Made by a program: the position numbers and the translations under genes. Of a stretch of DNA of 64,000 bases, positions 29,580 to 37,337 are shown one piece after another (the stretch's first letter is position 1; every line of letters starts with the position of its first letter). Source of the stretch: Candidatus Thorarchaeota archaeon (lineage in GTDB: Archaea > Asgardarchaeota > Thorarchaeia > Thorarchaeales > Thorarchaeaceae); assembly GCA_048884785.1 (NCBI GenBank), contig JBHLQM010000003.1, positions 1 through 64,000 on the forward strand. Reading direction: 5' to 3'. The notes under the pieces are model-generated. The model saw only the letters and a list, made by a program, of their open reading frames with translations. It did not search any database and was not told the DNA's origin.

Positions 29580-30938
29580 ATGAACTATTACGAAAAGGCA
29601 GGAGTTGAACCGATAGGCAAACACTCACGAACACACTATAGTAGCGAAATCAATGGCAAATCAGTTGATTCAGATGTCATTCTACTTGGTTGGGTTCACA
29701 TATTGCGAGACAAAGGGAAAATAAAATTCCTCATTTTGCGCGATGAAAAGGGGACTGTCCAAATCACTCTGCCTCAGAAGAAAGTGCCTGCTGAAACATT
29801 CGAGATTGCCGGATCTCTAAAACCTGAGATGGCTGTAGCAGTTCATGGAAAGGTCGTGGCGACTACACAGCTAGATACCGGTGCCGAAGTCATACCCAGC
29901 AAGATTCGTATAATTAACACATCTGATAGACTGCCAATTGATGTAGTAGAGGGTAAAGTAGACATAGACCTAGATACTCGCCTGAATTATCGAGTTTTGG
30001 ACCTTCGAAAACCAACAATCAACGCGGTCTTCAGAATTCAGCATTCTCTGGTACGGTATGCCAGAGAGTTTCTAGAGAAAAATGACTTTGTTGAGATTCA
30101 CACGCCCAAAATAGTCGCTGAAGCTACAGAGGGAGGTGCCAACCTATTCGAGGTTAAGTACTTCGAGAAAAAGGCGTATCTTGCACAGAGTCCGCAGTTC
30201 TATAAACAGCTAATGCTGCTTGCGGGATTTGGGCGAGTGTTTGAGATTGCTCCAGTCTTTCGTGCTGAGAAGCACAATACTAGGCGGCATATTAACGAAT
30301 ACACATCATTCGACTATGAGATGGCTTGGATAAGCGGCGTTGAAGATGTGATGAAGATGGAGGAAAAAATGCTTCATCATTCATTCAAGAATACAAAGGA
30401 GCGAATGAGTGCAGAGCTTGAGCTCCTGGGAGTTGACCTGACTGTTCCCAAATTACCATTCAAGCGAATCAAATATGCTGATGCAATAGGTCTTCTCAAC
30501 GATGCTGGAAAGGAACTTACATTGAAAGATGACATAGATCCCGAGAGCGAAAAACTTCTAGGAGAGATCTTTCCTGAGAAGTATGGGACAGATATGGTGT
30601 TTCTTACTCATTATCCCTTGGAACTTCGGCCAGCCTACACAATGCCTAGTATCACTGATGAAGGCATGACGGAGAGCTTTGATCTCACCTACAAGGGAAT
30701 GGAGATAACTACAGGAGGTCAGAGGATTCATCTCTATGATCTCCTTGTTGAAAGATTCAAGGCCAAGGGATTCAACCCTGATGCTTTCAGTTTCTACCTT
30801 GATCCCTTCAAATTCGGTGCTCCTCCACATGGTGGACTTGGTCTTGGTGTGGAGCGCTTGACCATGCAATTACTGGAAATTGAGAATATACGTGAGGCTA
30901 CCCTTCTTCCACGTGACAGAGATCGGATTACACCGTAG
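29580..30938 (+). CDS. aspS: Aspartate-tRNA(Asp/Asn) ligase, non-discriminating type
   Basis: OB fold [39 protein letters not shown]. His in GWVH and Pro in EVIP match the archaeal ND-AspRS determinants. Confidence 0.93.
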   Translation: MNYYEKAGVEPIGKHSRTHYSSEINGKSVDSDVILLGWVHILRDKGKIKFLILRDEKGTVQITLPQKKVPAETFEIAGSLKPEMAVAVHGKVVATTQLDTGAEVIPSKIRIINTSDRLPIDVVEGKVDIDLDTRLNYRVLDLRKPTINAVFRIQHSLVRYAREFLEKNDFVEIHTPKIVAEATEGGANLFEVKYFEKKAYLAQSPQFYKQLMLLAGFGRVFEIAPVFRAEKHNTRRHINEYTSFDYEMAWISGVEDVMKMEEKMLHHSFKNTKERMSAELELLGVDLTVPKLPFKRIKYADAIGLLNDAGKELTLKDDIDPESEKLLGEIFPEKYGTDMVFLTHYPLELRPAYTMPSITDEGMTESFDLTYKGMEITTGGQRIHLYDLLVERFKAKGFNPDAFSFYLDPFKFGAPPHGGLGLGVERLTMQLLEIENIREATLLPRDRDRITP

Positions 30939-30979
30939 ACCTATGAGTTAGAATCCCCTGGATTATGCAGTGATAGGCT

Positions 30980-31390
30980 CTATAGAACATACGCCATGAT
31001 GTAAAGCAGTGTCCCAAAGAGCATAGGGATTATCCACAGTACCAATGCAATTCGCATCATATTCTTGGTTCCACATTTCAATGGCTTGCCACTTCGTACA
31101 GCGGTAATGAATCGAATTGCAAACAGTGTTCCAAGAAGGATGAATATGATCCCTACAGCAGCATGACCGATGACGCCTAGTCCAATGTAAGCCAGTGCAT
31201 CAAGTAGACGCGGGGCCATTACTGTCAACGTTGTCCCTACAGTAATTAGTAGTACAGTCAACATGATATATCCATGATTCTTGAATGGTTTTCTTTTGAC
31301 ATAGCCAACAATCAGCAGTATGAACGTTACATACTGGAGGATGAGATTGAAATCAACAATTATGGGTGCAGCTGTTCCGAATATTCCCAT
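30980..31390 (-). CDS. DUF420-like 4-TM membrane protein
   Basis: K.HG.IM and H...G membrane His motifs. Start trimmed to MGIFG. Confidence 0.6.
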   Translation of the reverse strand: MGIFGTAAPIIVDFNLILQYVTFILLIVGYVKRKPFKNHGYIMLTVLLITVGTTLTVMAPRLLDALAYIGLGVIGHAAVGIIFILLGTLFAIRFITAVRSGKPLKCGTKNMMRIALVLWIIPMLFGTLLYIMAYVL

Positions 31391-31447
31391 TATGCAAACC
31401 TCCAATTCATGTTCGGACTGCTATTGATAATACTTCCGATAGACTGT

Positions 31448-31492
31448 TGATAATACTCTCTTAAACAAGAACCTGAGAGTTCTCTTCTGCCA
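31448..31492. repeat. Direct repeat copy 1 (~45 bp) containing the AGAAC-N6-GTTCT palindrome
   Basis: tgataatactctcttaaacaagaacctgagagttctcttctgcca, near-identical to 31972-32018. Confidence 0.8.
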
Positions 31493-31560
31493 TTGAGGAT
31501 TTGGATGCAGCTTTTGCTGGATACTCATTCTCTTTCAGATGACTATATCACTGAGTTCCA

Positions 31561-31896
31561 CTATTCAGCTTCTACGATAACCGCAGTCCCATAAGCGGAA
31601 AACACGGTTGCAGTCCCGGCAAGAATATCACTTGTTTCAAAGTCTGCACCAATTACTGCATTGGCACCCATTCGTTGTGCATTCTCTTTCAGTCTCATCA
31701 ACGATTCAGCTCTAGACCTTTCACATTCTTCCGTATAGGAGTGCACTTCGCCTCCGAGTATTCCTGAAATGCTGGCAGAAATCTTTCCACCTACACCTCG
31801 AGTTCTTACTGTCAGTCCATGGACAACTCCTATTATCCTCACAACACGATAGCCTGGCAAATGGGGTAGTGTTACTACCATAATTGCTTCGTTCAT
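31561..31896 (-). CDS. YbjQ/UPF0145 family protein
   Basis: GGEVHSY, A..MGANAVIG, AYGTAV. Start trimmed. Confidence 0.9.
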   Translation of the reverse strand: MNEAIMVVTLPHLPGYRVVRIIGVVHGLTVRTRGVGGKISASISGILGGEVHSYTEECERSRAESLMRLKENAQRMGANAVIGADFETSDILAGTATVFSAYGTAVIVEAE

Positions 31897-31971
31897 ACGA
31901 CCTGTTGGAAATGTAATGATATAAGTTTCAGCCATGTTATTTGTGATCGTACTGCTTCTTGGGTGCAAACA

Positions 31972-32018
31972 TGATAATACTCTCTCTTAAAGGAGAACCT
32001 GAGAGTTCTATTCTGCCA
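31972..32018. repeat. Direct repeat copy 2
   Basis: tgataatactctctcttaaaggagaacctgagagttctattctgcca. Confidence 0.8.
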
Positions 32019-32056
32019 ATAAGTGGCATCTATAGCTATTCAGGAAACGGCGCTCA

Positions 32057-32836
32057 ATGTACGAAACCATTCAATCCGAACTATTCGCTTCAATAGCAAC
32101 ACTTGATCAGCTAAAGAAGATGTATGATCTTGGCGCCGTTGATATTCGTTCATATCACCAAGAGTCAGAGGCTCTTGTTCATGAAGTGAAAACACAAATT
32201 GAGGAACTACGGCGGATGGGACTTGATATCAGTGCCTTTCTGGAAAATGAGCGGATTACTGAAGCATTCCCAGATGCTTCAGGCCTTCTCAGTCTCTTTG
32301 AAAGGCGACCTCAATCTTCACTGAATGGGCTCACTCTTGATGAATACTACGATCAACTAGGTCTAGCAGTTCTGGATGTCGCCACCATTCATGCATCCAA
32401 GGGACTAATGGGTTTGGCAGAATTGATAGTTGAGGTTGTAAAGAGGGTTCCACAATTCAAATCTGTTAGCTATAATGACGTGATTGAATCTGTCAATAGA
32501 GTTGCACAACATGGCCTCATACCTGGAATCAAGAATCTGCGAGGGGGAGTAAAAGTAGTCGAGCTTCGCCCGCTGGAGCTCCGAAGAGACCAAGCCGATG
32601 TTGTCAATCTTGCAGCTCTCAAAGGTTATACTTCAGTTGAAGAGATTATGATGCAATTGAAATGGTCAGAGGAACATGCTCGACAGGTATTAACAAGTCT
32701 TGTAGATGTTGGAATGGCAGTTGCAGATATTAGGTTCAGTACTGGAGGGAGATATTACTTCCCAGGACTAAGGTCTCGAGAGTCACAAGAATCCAATGAT
32801 GCATTTCATCCGAGCCGTATGTATGGGGACTCATAG
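32057..32836 (+). CDS. Fusion of a Vps28 N-terminal (ESCRT-I) domain and a Vps22/36 EAP30 tandem winged helix (ESCRT-II)
   Basis: aa ~5-70 SELFASIATLDQLKKMY..G.V....Y......L resembles Vps28 (AELFAVVKTMQALEKAY...Y...L). aa ~93-240 DEYYDQLG...GLM.L.EL...VS.NDV...P.EL..DQ..V..LA..KGY.SV......LKW.EE.ARQVL..L...G.A..D.....YYFPGL resembles SNF8/Vps22. Confidence 0.85.
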   Translation: MYETIQSELFASIATLDQLKKMYDLGAVDIRSYHQESEALVHEVKTQIEELRRMGLDISAFLENERITEAFPDASGLLSLFERRPQSSLNGLTLDEYYDQLGLAVLDVATIHASKGLMGLAELIVEVVKRVPQFKSVSYNDVIESVNRVAQHGLIPGIKNLRGGVKVVELRPLELRRDQADVVNLAALKGYTSVEEIMMQLKWSEEHARQVLTSLVDVGMAVADIRFSTGGRYYFPGLRSRESQESNDAFHPSRMYGDS

Positions 32837-32847
32837 TCGGCGCTTGA

Positions 32848-33585
32848 TCAGATTTCGATTTTTATTGCTCCTTTCTTTTTATCTACCCAAGCTGCAAGTC
32901 CCTTTTGCACAATGAATCCCAAAACTATCTCAATATCAGCCTCAGGGAGCTGTGCAAAATCCTCACCTGATTCTTGAATTACAATGGATTTCACATCCAG
33001 TAGCAGGTTCCCGGTCTTGAGAGCCCATTCGTAGACAATGTCCGCCCACTCTTCTAGCGGACGCCAATAGACTCTCAGCTGTCTTCTGCCTCTATCGAGC
33101 CAGTCTGCAACTTCTTTCTGAACCAGCATATCGCCTATCATTCTGAAAGCATCAACCTTCCCTAGCATCTCGCTGAATGGTTTTTCCTTAAGGAAAGCTG
33201 AAACGGAAATGACATGGATTCTACCTGCCTGAGCCCATTCCAGAAGGAAATCTCCCCATTCTTCAGCCCAAAGAATCTTGTCTTCATCTCTCGCTGGAAT
33301 GTGATACATCCACTCCGAATCGGAGGAATCCCCCCATGATGGCAGCATGCATTCTTCTTTTACTTCAGCTACTGCTTCTTTTACCTCAGTTGATTCAGTT
33401 TCGGCAGCGATTTCACTATCTTCAATGGGGGTTGTTATCACTACTTCGGGTCGATGAATCTTCTTCTCTTCTTCAGCCACATCCAATGTGACCTCTGGAA
33501 TTGTTGGAGCCTCTGTGATTTTGACTTCGTCTACTTTTTCCTCTGTCTTGGACTTCTTTTCTCTGCGCTTTTCTTTTACCCCCAA
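32848..33585 (-). CDS. vps25: ESCRT-II subunit Vps25 with charged N-terminal extension
   Basis: W.EEWGDFLLEW and VYWRPLEEWADIVYEWA..TG correspond to Vps25 WRRPEEW...IY.W. Upstream vps4 is co-oriented. Confidence 0.85.
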   Translation of the reverse strand: MGVKEKRREKKSKTEEKVDEVKITEAPTIPEVTLDVAEEEKKIHRPEVVITTPIEDSEIAAETESTEVKEAVAEVKEECMLPSWGDSSDSEWMYHIPARDEDKILWAEEWGDFLLEWAQAGRIHVISVSAFLKEKPFSEMLGKVDAFRMIGDMLVQKEVADWLDRGRRQLRVYWRPLEEWADIVYEWALKTGNLLLDVKSIVIQESGEDFAQLPEADIEIVLGFIVQKGLAAWVDKKKGAIKIEI

Positions 33586-33588
33586 GAC

Positions 33589-34809
33589 CTAGGAACCCTC
33601 CGCCCAATCGACATACTTCTTCAAGTCCTCCGGAGAGGTTGCAGGACGGATGTTCTCAATCGCCCTCAAGAAATCCTCTCTCGAAACTCGACGAAGCTCG
33701 ACTATCTCCTCCTCTTCTTCCATCTTACCTGAAATCTGCAAATCCCTTATTGGCTCCATAGCAGCCTCTCTGCATACAATACTTAGGTCTCTTCCGCTAT
33801 ATCCTTCGCACAAGTCTGCAAGCTCGCTGTAATCCACATCTGCATCAATCTCTATATCTTCCATATGGATTTCGAAGATTCTCTTTCTGGCGGTCTTGTC
33901 AGGCAATGGGACCGCAATCCGCTTTTCGAACCGAGAACGCAGCGCAAAATCCAACTCCCAGGGAAGATTAGTTGCTCCGATTACCGTTACTCTGTCTTCG
34001 ACATCGCTAGCAAGTCCTTGCATCTCAGTGAGGATTTGAGTTTTCATGCGTCTTTCCCCACCAACGTCATCGCTTGACCTGGCAACGCCAATGGAATCAA
34101 GCTCGTCAATGAATATAATCGCAGGCTGATTTCTACGAGCCATTTCAAAGAGACTTCTCACCAGCCTTTCTGATTCTCCAAGCCACTTACTAACAATATT
34201 AGCCGCTGAAACATTGAAGAATGTCGCATTGATCTCAGATGCTACGGCTTTCGCAATCAGTGTCTTTCCACATCCGGCAGGTCCGTAGAAGAGAATTCCT
34301 CGCCACGGCTGCCTTGCTTTACCCTTGAACAGCTCGGGGTGTTTCATTGGGGCAATAATAGCATCATTGATAGCTTGTTTTGCCTCTTTGAGACCTGCTA
34401 CTTCAGACATCTTTACTTTTGGTTTCTCAGAGATGATAGTGTCTTCGATCATCTCACGCAATTTCTTGGTGTCTTCATCTTCTTCAGAAATAGCCTCTGC
34501 CTTTCTGTCTGTGCCCGATGGGTACATTTCAGTATTCTCTCTCGGTACTGGGGTTGAGAGTCCTTCAACTGAACCACTCGACACTTTCTTTATTCCTGAG
34601 ATGAACCTTACACGATCGACACATTCTTGAGCTCTCTTTAGGTAGTGTTTCCTTACGGATGGAAGGGATGCAGAATTTGATAGTTTGATGAGGATTTTGC
34701 TTGCCTTCAGATAATGTTGGCAGGCCTCTTTCTTCATCCCTCTGTTATCGAGCTCGATGGCGCGATCTAATAGATTCTTCAGACCCTGATCAATGCGGTC
34801 TCCTGACAT
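33589..34809 (-). CDS. vps4: Vps4 AAA ATPase (MIT + AAA)
   Basis: N-terminal MIT (AIELD..G...EA...Y), GPAGCGKT, SKWLGESE, FIDELD, GATNLPWELD.A..SRF. Located in the ESCRT cluster. Confidence 0.92.
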   Translation of the reverse strand: MSGDRIDQGLKNLLDRAIELDNRGMKKEACQHYLKASKILIKLSNSASLPSVRKHYLKRAQECVDRVRFISGIKKVSSGSVEGLSTPVPRENTEMYPSGTDRKAEAISEEDEDTKKLREMIEDTIISEKPKVKMSEVAGLKEAKQAINDAIIAPMKHPELFKGKARQPWRGILFYGPAGCGKTLIAKAVASEINATFFNVSAANIVSKWLGESERLVRSLFEMARRNQPAIIFIDELDSIGVARSSDDVGGERRMKTQILTEMQGLASDVEDRVTVIGATNLPWELDFALRSRFEKRIAVPLPDKTARKRIFEIHMEDIEIDADVDYSELADLCEGYSGRDLSIVCREAAMEPIRDLQISGKMEEEEEIVELRRVSREDFLRAIENIRPATSPEDLKKYVDWAEGS

Positions 34810-34953
34810 TTTCCCTCACTTGGCTTTGGATTGAATCCTGTTAAGAACTTCGGTGTTCTATCTGTCATATATTCTATTGCCGTGTATTCTCCTCAGGCTG
34901 CGAAATGTTAAATGGACTGATGTTATGAGGCTGCTTGAGACATATTTTGTCTT

Positions 34954-35583
34954 ATGTTGGTGAGGTCCTTGGGTCCAATCAGAAAGGCGTTTTCATGGGG
35001 TCGGAGAAAACCCGACATCAATGAGGTTACATCCCAACTCCGAGTTCTATCAAAGCAGCTCGAGCGACAGAGGAATAAGTTGGAAAAAGAAGAACGCGAC
35101 ACAAAGACACGAGCGGTTCGTGCACGGAAGTCCGGGAACCTAGAAGCATACAAAACATATGCAACGGAGATGATTCGCTTCCGCAGGTTCGCGCTTTCAG
35201 TGGATAGATCCCGCCTTCAAATTCTAAAGATTCTTGCTCATGTAACTAGAGCTCAGAGTACTGCACAGGCCTCAATCGCACTGGAGCAAGTAGCAAAAAT
35301 CCTTGGTCTTCTCGGCGATTCAACAGATGCAAGCAAAGTTGTAGCGAATGCTGATGAAATATCACGTAGACTCGAGGAATTTGAGATTGAGAGCGGGATT
35401 ACCGGCGAGGCTTTTGACTCAACCGGAGATGCACAGCTATCATCAGAGGATATTACAGCTGCAATGCATGAAATTGATGTTGAAGCCGGAATGGCCGAAG
35501 GTGCCGCAACTGGGGTTCCTATATCAGAAGCCGAAAAGCTTGAAGAGGCGATAAAGAATCTCGAACGCGAGTTAGGTGTCTGA
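34954..35583 (+). CDS. ESCRT-III subunit, Vps2/24/46-like
   Basis: Basic N-terminal hairpin (KQLERQRNKLEKEE...A.KSGN....K.YA.E.IR.RR), acidic C-terminal half, terminal amphipathic MIM1-like helix LEEAIKNLERELGV. Confidence 0.88.
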   Translation: MLVRSLGPIRKAFSWGRRKPDINEVTSQLRVLSKQLERQRNKLEKEERDTKTRAVRARKSGNLEAYKTYATEMIRFRRFALSVDRSRLQILKILAHVTRAQSTAQASIALEQVAKILGLLGDSTDASKVVANADEISRRLEEFEIESGITGEAFDSTGDAQLSSEDITAAMHEIDVEAGMAEGAATGVPISEAEKLEEAIKNLERELGV

Positions 35584-37152
35584 TTACCATCTGGATCCAG
35601 AAGATGACCTTTGGATACTTTCCATCTCTCTCCTGGCATTATACGAGTCCCTCATAAGATGACGATAGCGTCTGATGAAATCCATCGGTACAATTCTTCC
35701 ACTACGAAGAAGTTCGACCGTTTCCGATAATGCGTGGTCTAGTTCCATTATATTTCTTTGAAGTGATGCAGGCCCTTTGGAATCGATTACGAAATCCTCT
35801 TTTCGATAGCTATCCCGATTATTAATGGTTCTTCCAAGTTCTCTCTTGAACTCTGGTGTGGCATATGAGGAATCTCTGTATCTCCAAGGATTAGATGATA
35901 TTCTGCTCCATTCATCTCCCGAATAATGAGCCTGTATCGGAGGAATGCCTCTATCTGTTGGGATTTGCGGTCCGGGTGATAACAGGGAGTAGACCAATCC
36001 CTCGACCTTCATACGAACGTCGCTGATATTGATGTTTACTTGTTCTATCTTGCGGACTCTCTGAAGATCGGTCTGCATATATCTGTCAAATTTCCGGGCA
36101 ATTTCAATGTAATCCGGTAGAACCTTTTGTGTCTGTTCGCTAGAGGCTAACTTCACTTCTCCTTGTTTGAGTTTCAGAACCAACCGTTTTCTAATCCTTC
36201 CATCTTCTTCAATGGAATTGAGGTAGAGTAGCGGGAAGTCAAACAACACCTCCATCTTCTTCCTGACTAAGCCTGTTTCAGCAATAAACACCAATCTTTT
36301 GTTGGTTATATACAGAGATCCTGTAGCTTTGTCATTTCTAAGAAAATCGCTACCCGTTACTTTGATTTCAGGAAGGGCACATACAGGGAGTTCATTAACA
36401 GTTAATTCGGCTGCATCAAAGAAACCCGAAAACTTCTTTCTATAGTAATCAAGACCATCAAGCTGCCGTTTTACATCATCAAGTTTGGTTCTTGCTTCTT
36501 TCAGTGATTCATCCACACTAATTTTGTAGTGTTCTCCCATTTGCATTACTCTGTTTGTTATTCCCTCAATGAATGGAAACTGACTTGTGGACCATCTACC
36601 ATAATCAATAATTCCTGTGGTTTCTGCAGCCATTTTCTTTGCAGCTATCTCAGCTTGCGCTGTTATCCGATTCTTCAGAGCTTCAACTTCGTTTTGAACA
36701 CTCTCAAGGTTTTCTTCAAGCCAGTTATAATGTAGAAAATTGGCCATACGCAATGACACAAGGAGACGTTTTGCGGAAACAAGAGCATTATTGAACTCTC
36801 TCAGTTTTGTGTGTCCATGATGGATGCTCATGATGGCTTGTCTTAAATCCTGAGCCAGTCCCCGTTTCTTCTCTTCGATACTTACGATTGTAGTTGAATG
36901 ACAACGGGGGCATATCTCTTCAACTCTGCGTCCCCTCCCAAGATTCTCAGACTCGCATTCCGGACAAATATCGAATTTCTCACCCGAAATTGGGATTCCC
37001 AAATTATGATGACATTCGTTGCAGACCGTGTATTGGCTTGTCCGGGTTTCCAGACAGTCTGTGCACAGTGTAGCACTGCAATCCTCACACAAGTGAGTGG
37101 CTCGGTTTGAATCGCACAGATGACAAGTCGGTCGCATCGAGTCTTCTCTCAC
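35584..37152 (-). CDS. B-box/zinc-ribbon, coiled-coil, PH/GRAM-like and Vps23/37 steadiness-box protein (ESCRT-I-like)
   Basis: CHLC....A...CEDC...LCTDC, further CxxC pairs, long heptad region, GSLYITNKRLVF, C-terminal LDHALSETVELLRSGRIVPMDFIRRYRHLMRDSY. Likely GTG start at 37152 after GGAGG. Confidence 0.75.
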   Translation of the reverse strand: MREDSMRPTCHLCDSNRATHLCEDCSATLCTDCLETRTSQYTVCNECHHNLGIPISGEKFDICPECESENLGRGRRVEEICPRCHSTTIVSIEEKKRGLAQDLRQAIMSIHHGHTKLREFNNALVSAKRLLVSLRMANFLHYNWLEENLESVQNEVEALKNRITAQAEIAAKKMAAETTGIIDYGRWSTSQFPFIEGITNRVMQMGEHYKISVDESLKEARTKLDDVKRQLDGLDYYRKKFSGFFDAAELTVNELPVCALPEIKVTGSDFLRNDKATGSLYITNKRLVFIAETGLVRKKMEVLFDFPLLYLNSIEEDGRIRKRLVLKLKQGEVKLASSEQTQKVLPDYIEIARKFDRYMQTDLQRVRKIEQVNINISDVRMKVEGLVYSLLSPGPQIPTDRGIPPIQAHYSGDEWSRISSNPWRYRDSSYATPEFKRELGRTINNRDSYRKEDFVIDSKGPASLQRNIMELDHALSETVELLRSGRIVPMDFIRRYRHLMRDSYNARREMESIQRSSSGSRW

Positions 37153-37337
37153 GTAAGTGCCTCCAATATCATATCTTATCAGTGCCATAGCCAAGAATAA
37201 GTCGTGTATCACCCGGGTATTAGTGGGTGCTCATTCCTATTTGGAGCAGAGATTCGCTTTTTACATGAAAACATCGATGCTAGATTTCAATGCCAATGTA
37301 GTATTAGTTATATCTGATTGAAATTTCAAATCTCCTC

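Noticed and set aside
33589-34809. AAA ATPase as Cdc48, katanin or proteasome PAN
   Set aside because: A single AAA domain with an N-terminal MIT, located between Vps25 and ESCRT-III, indicates Vps4.
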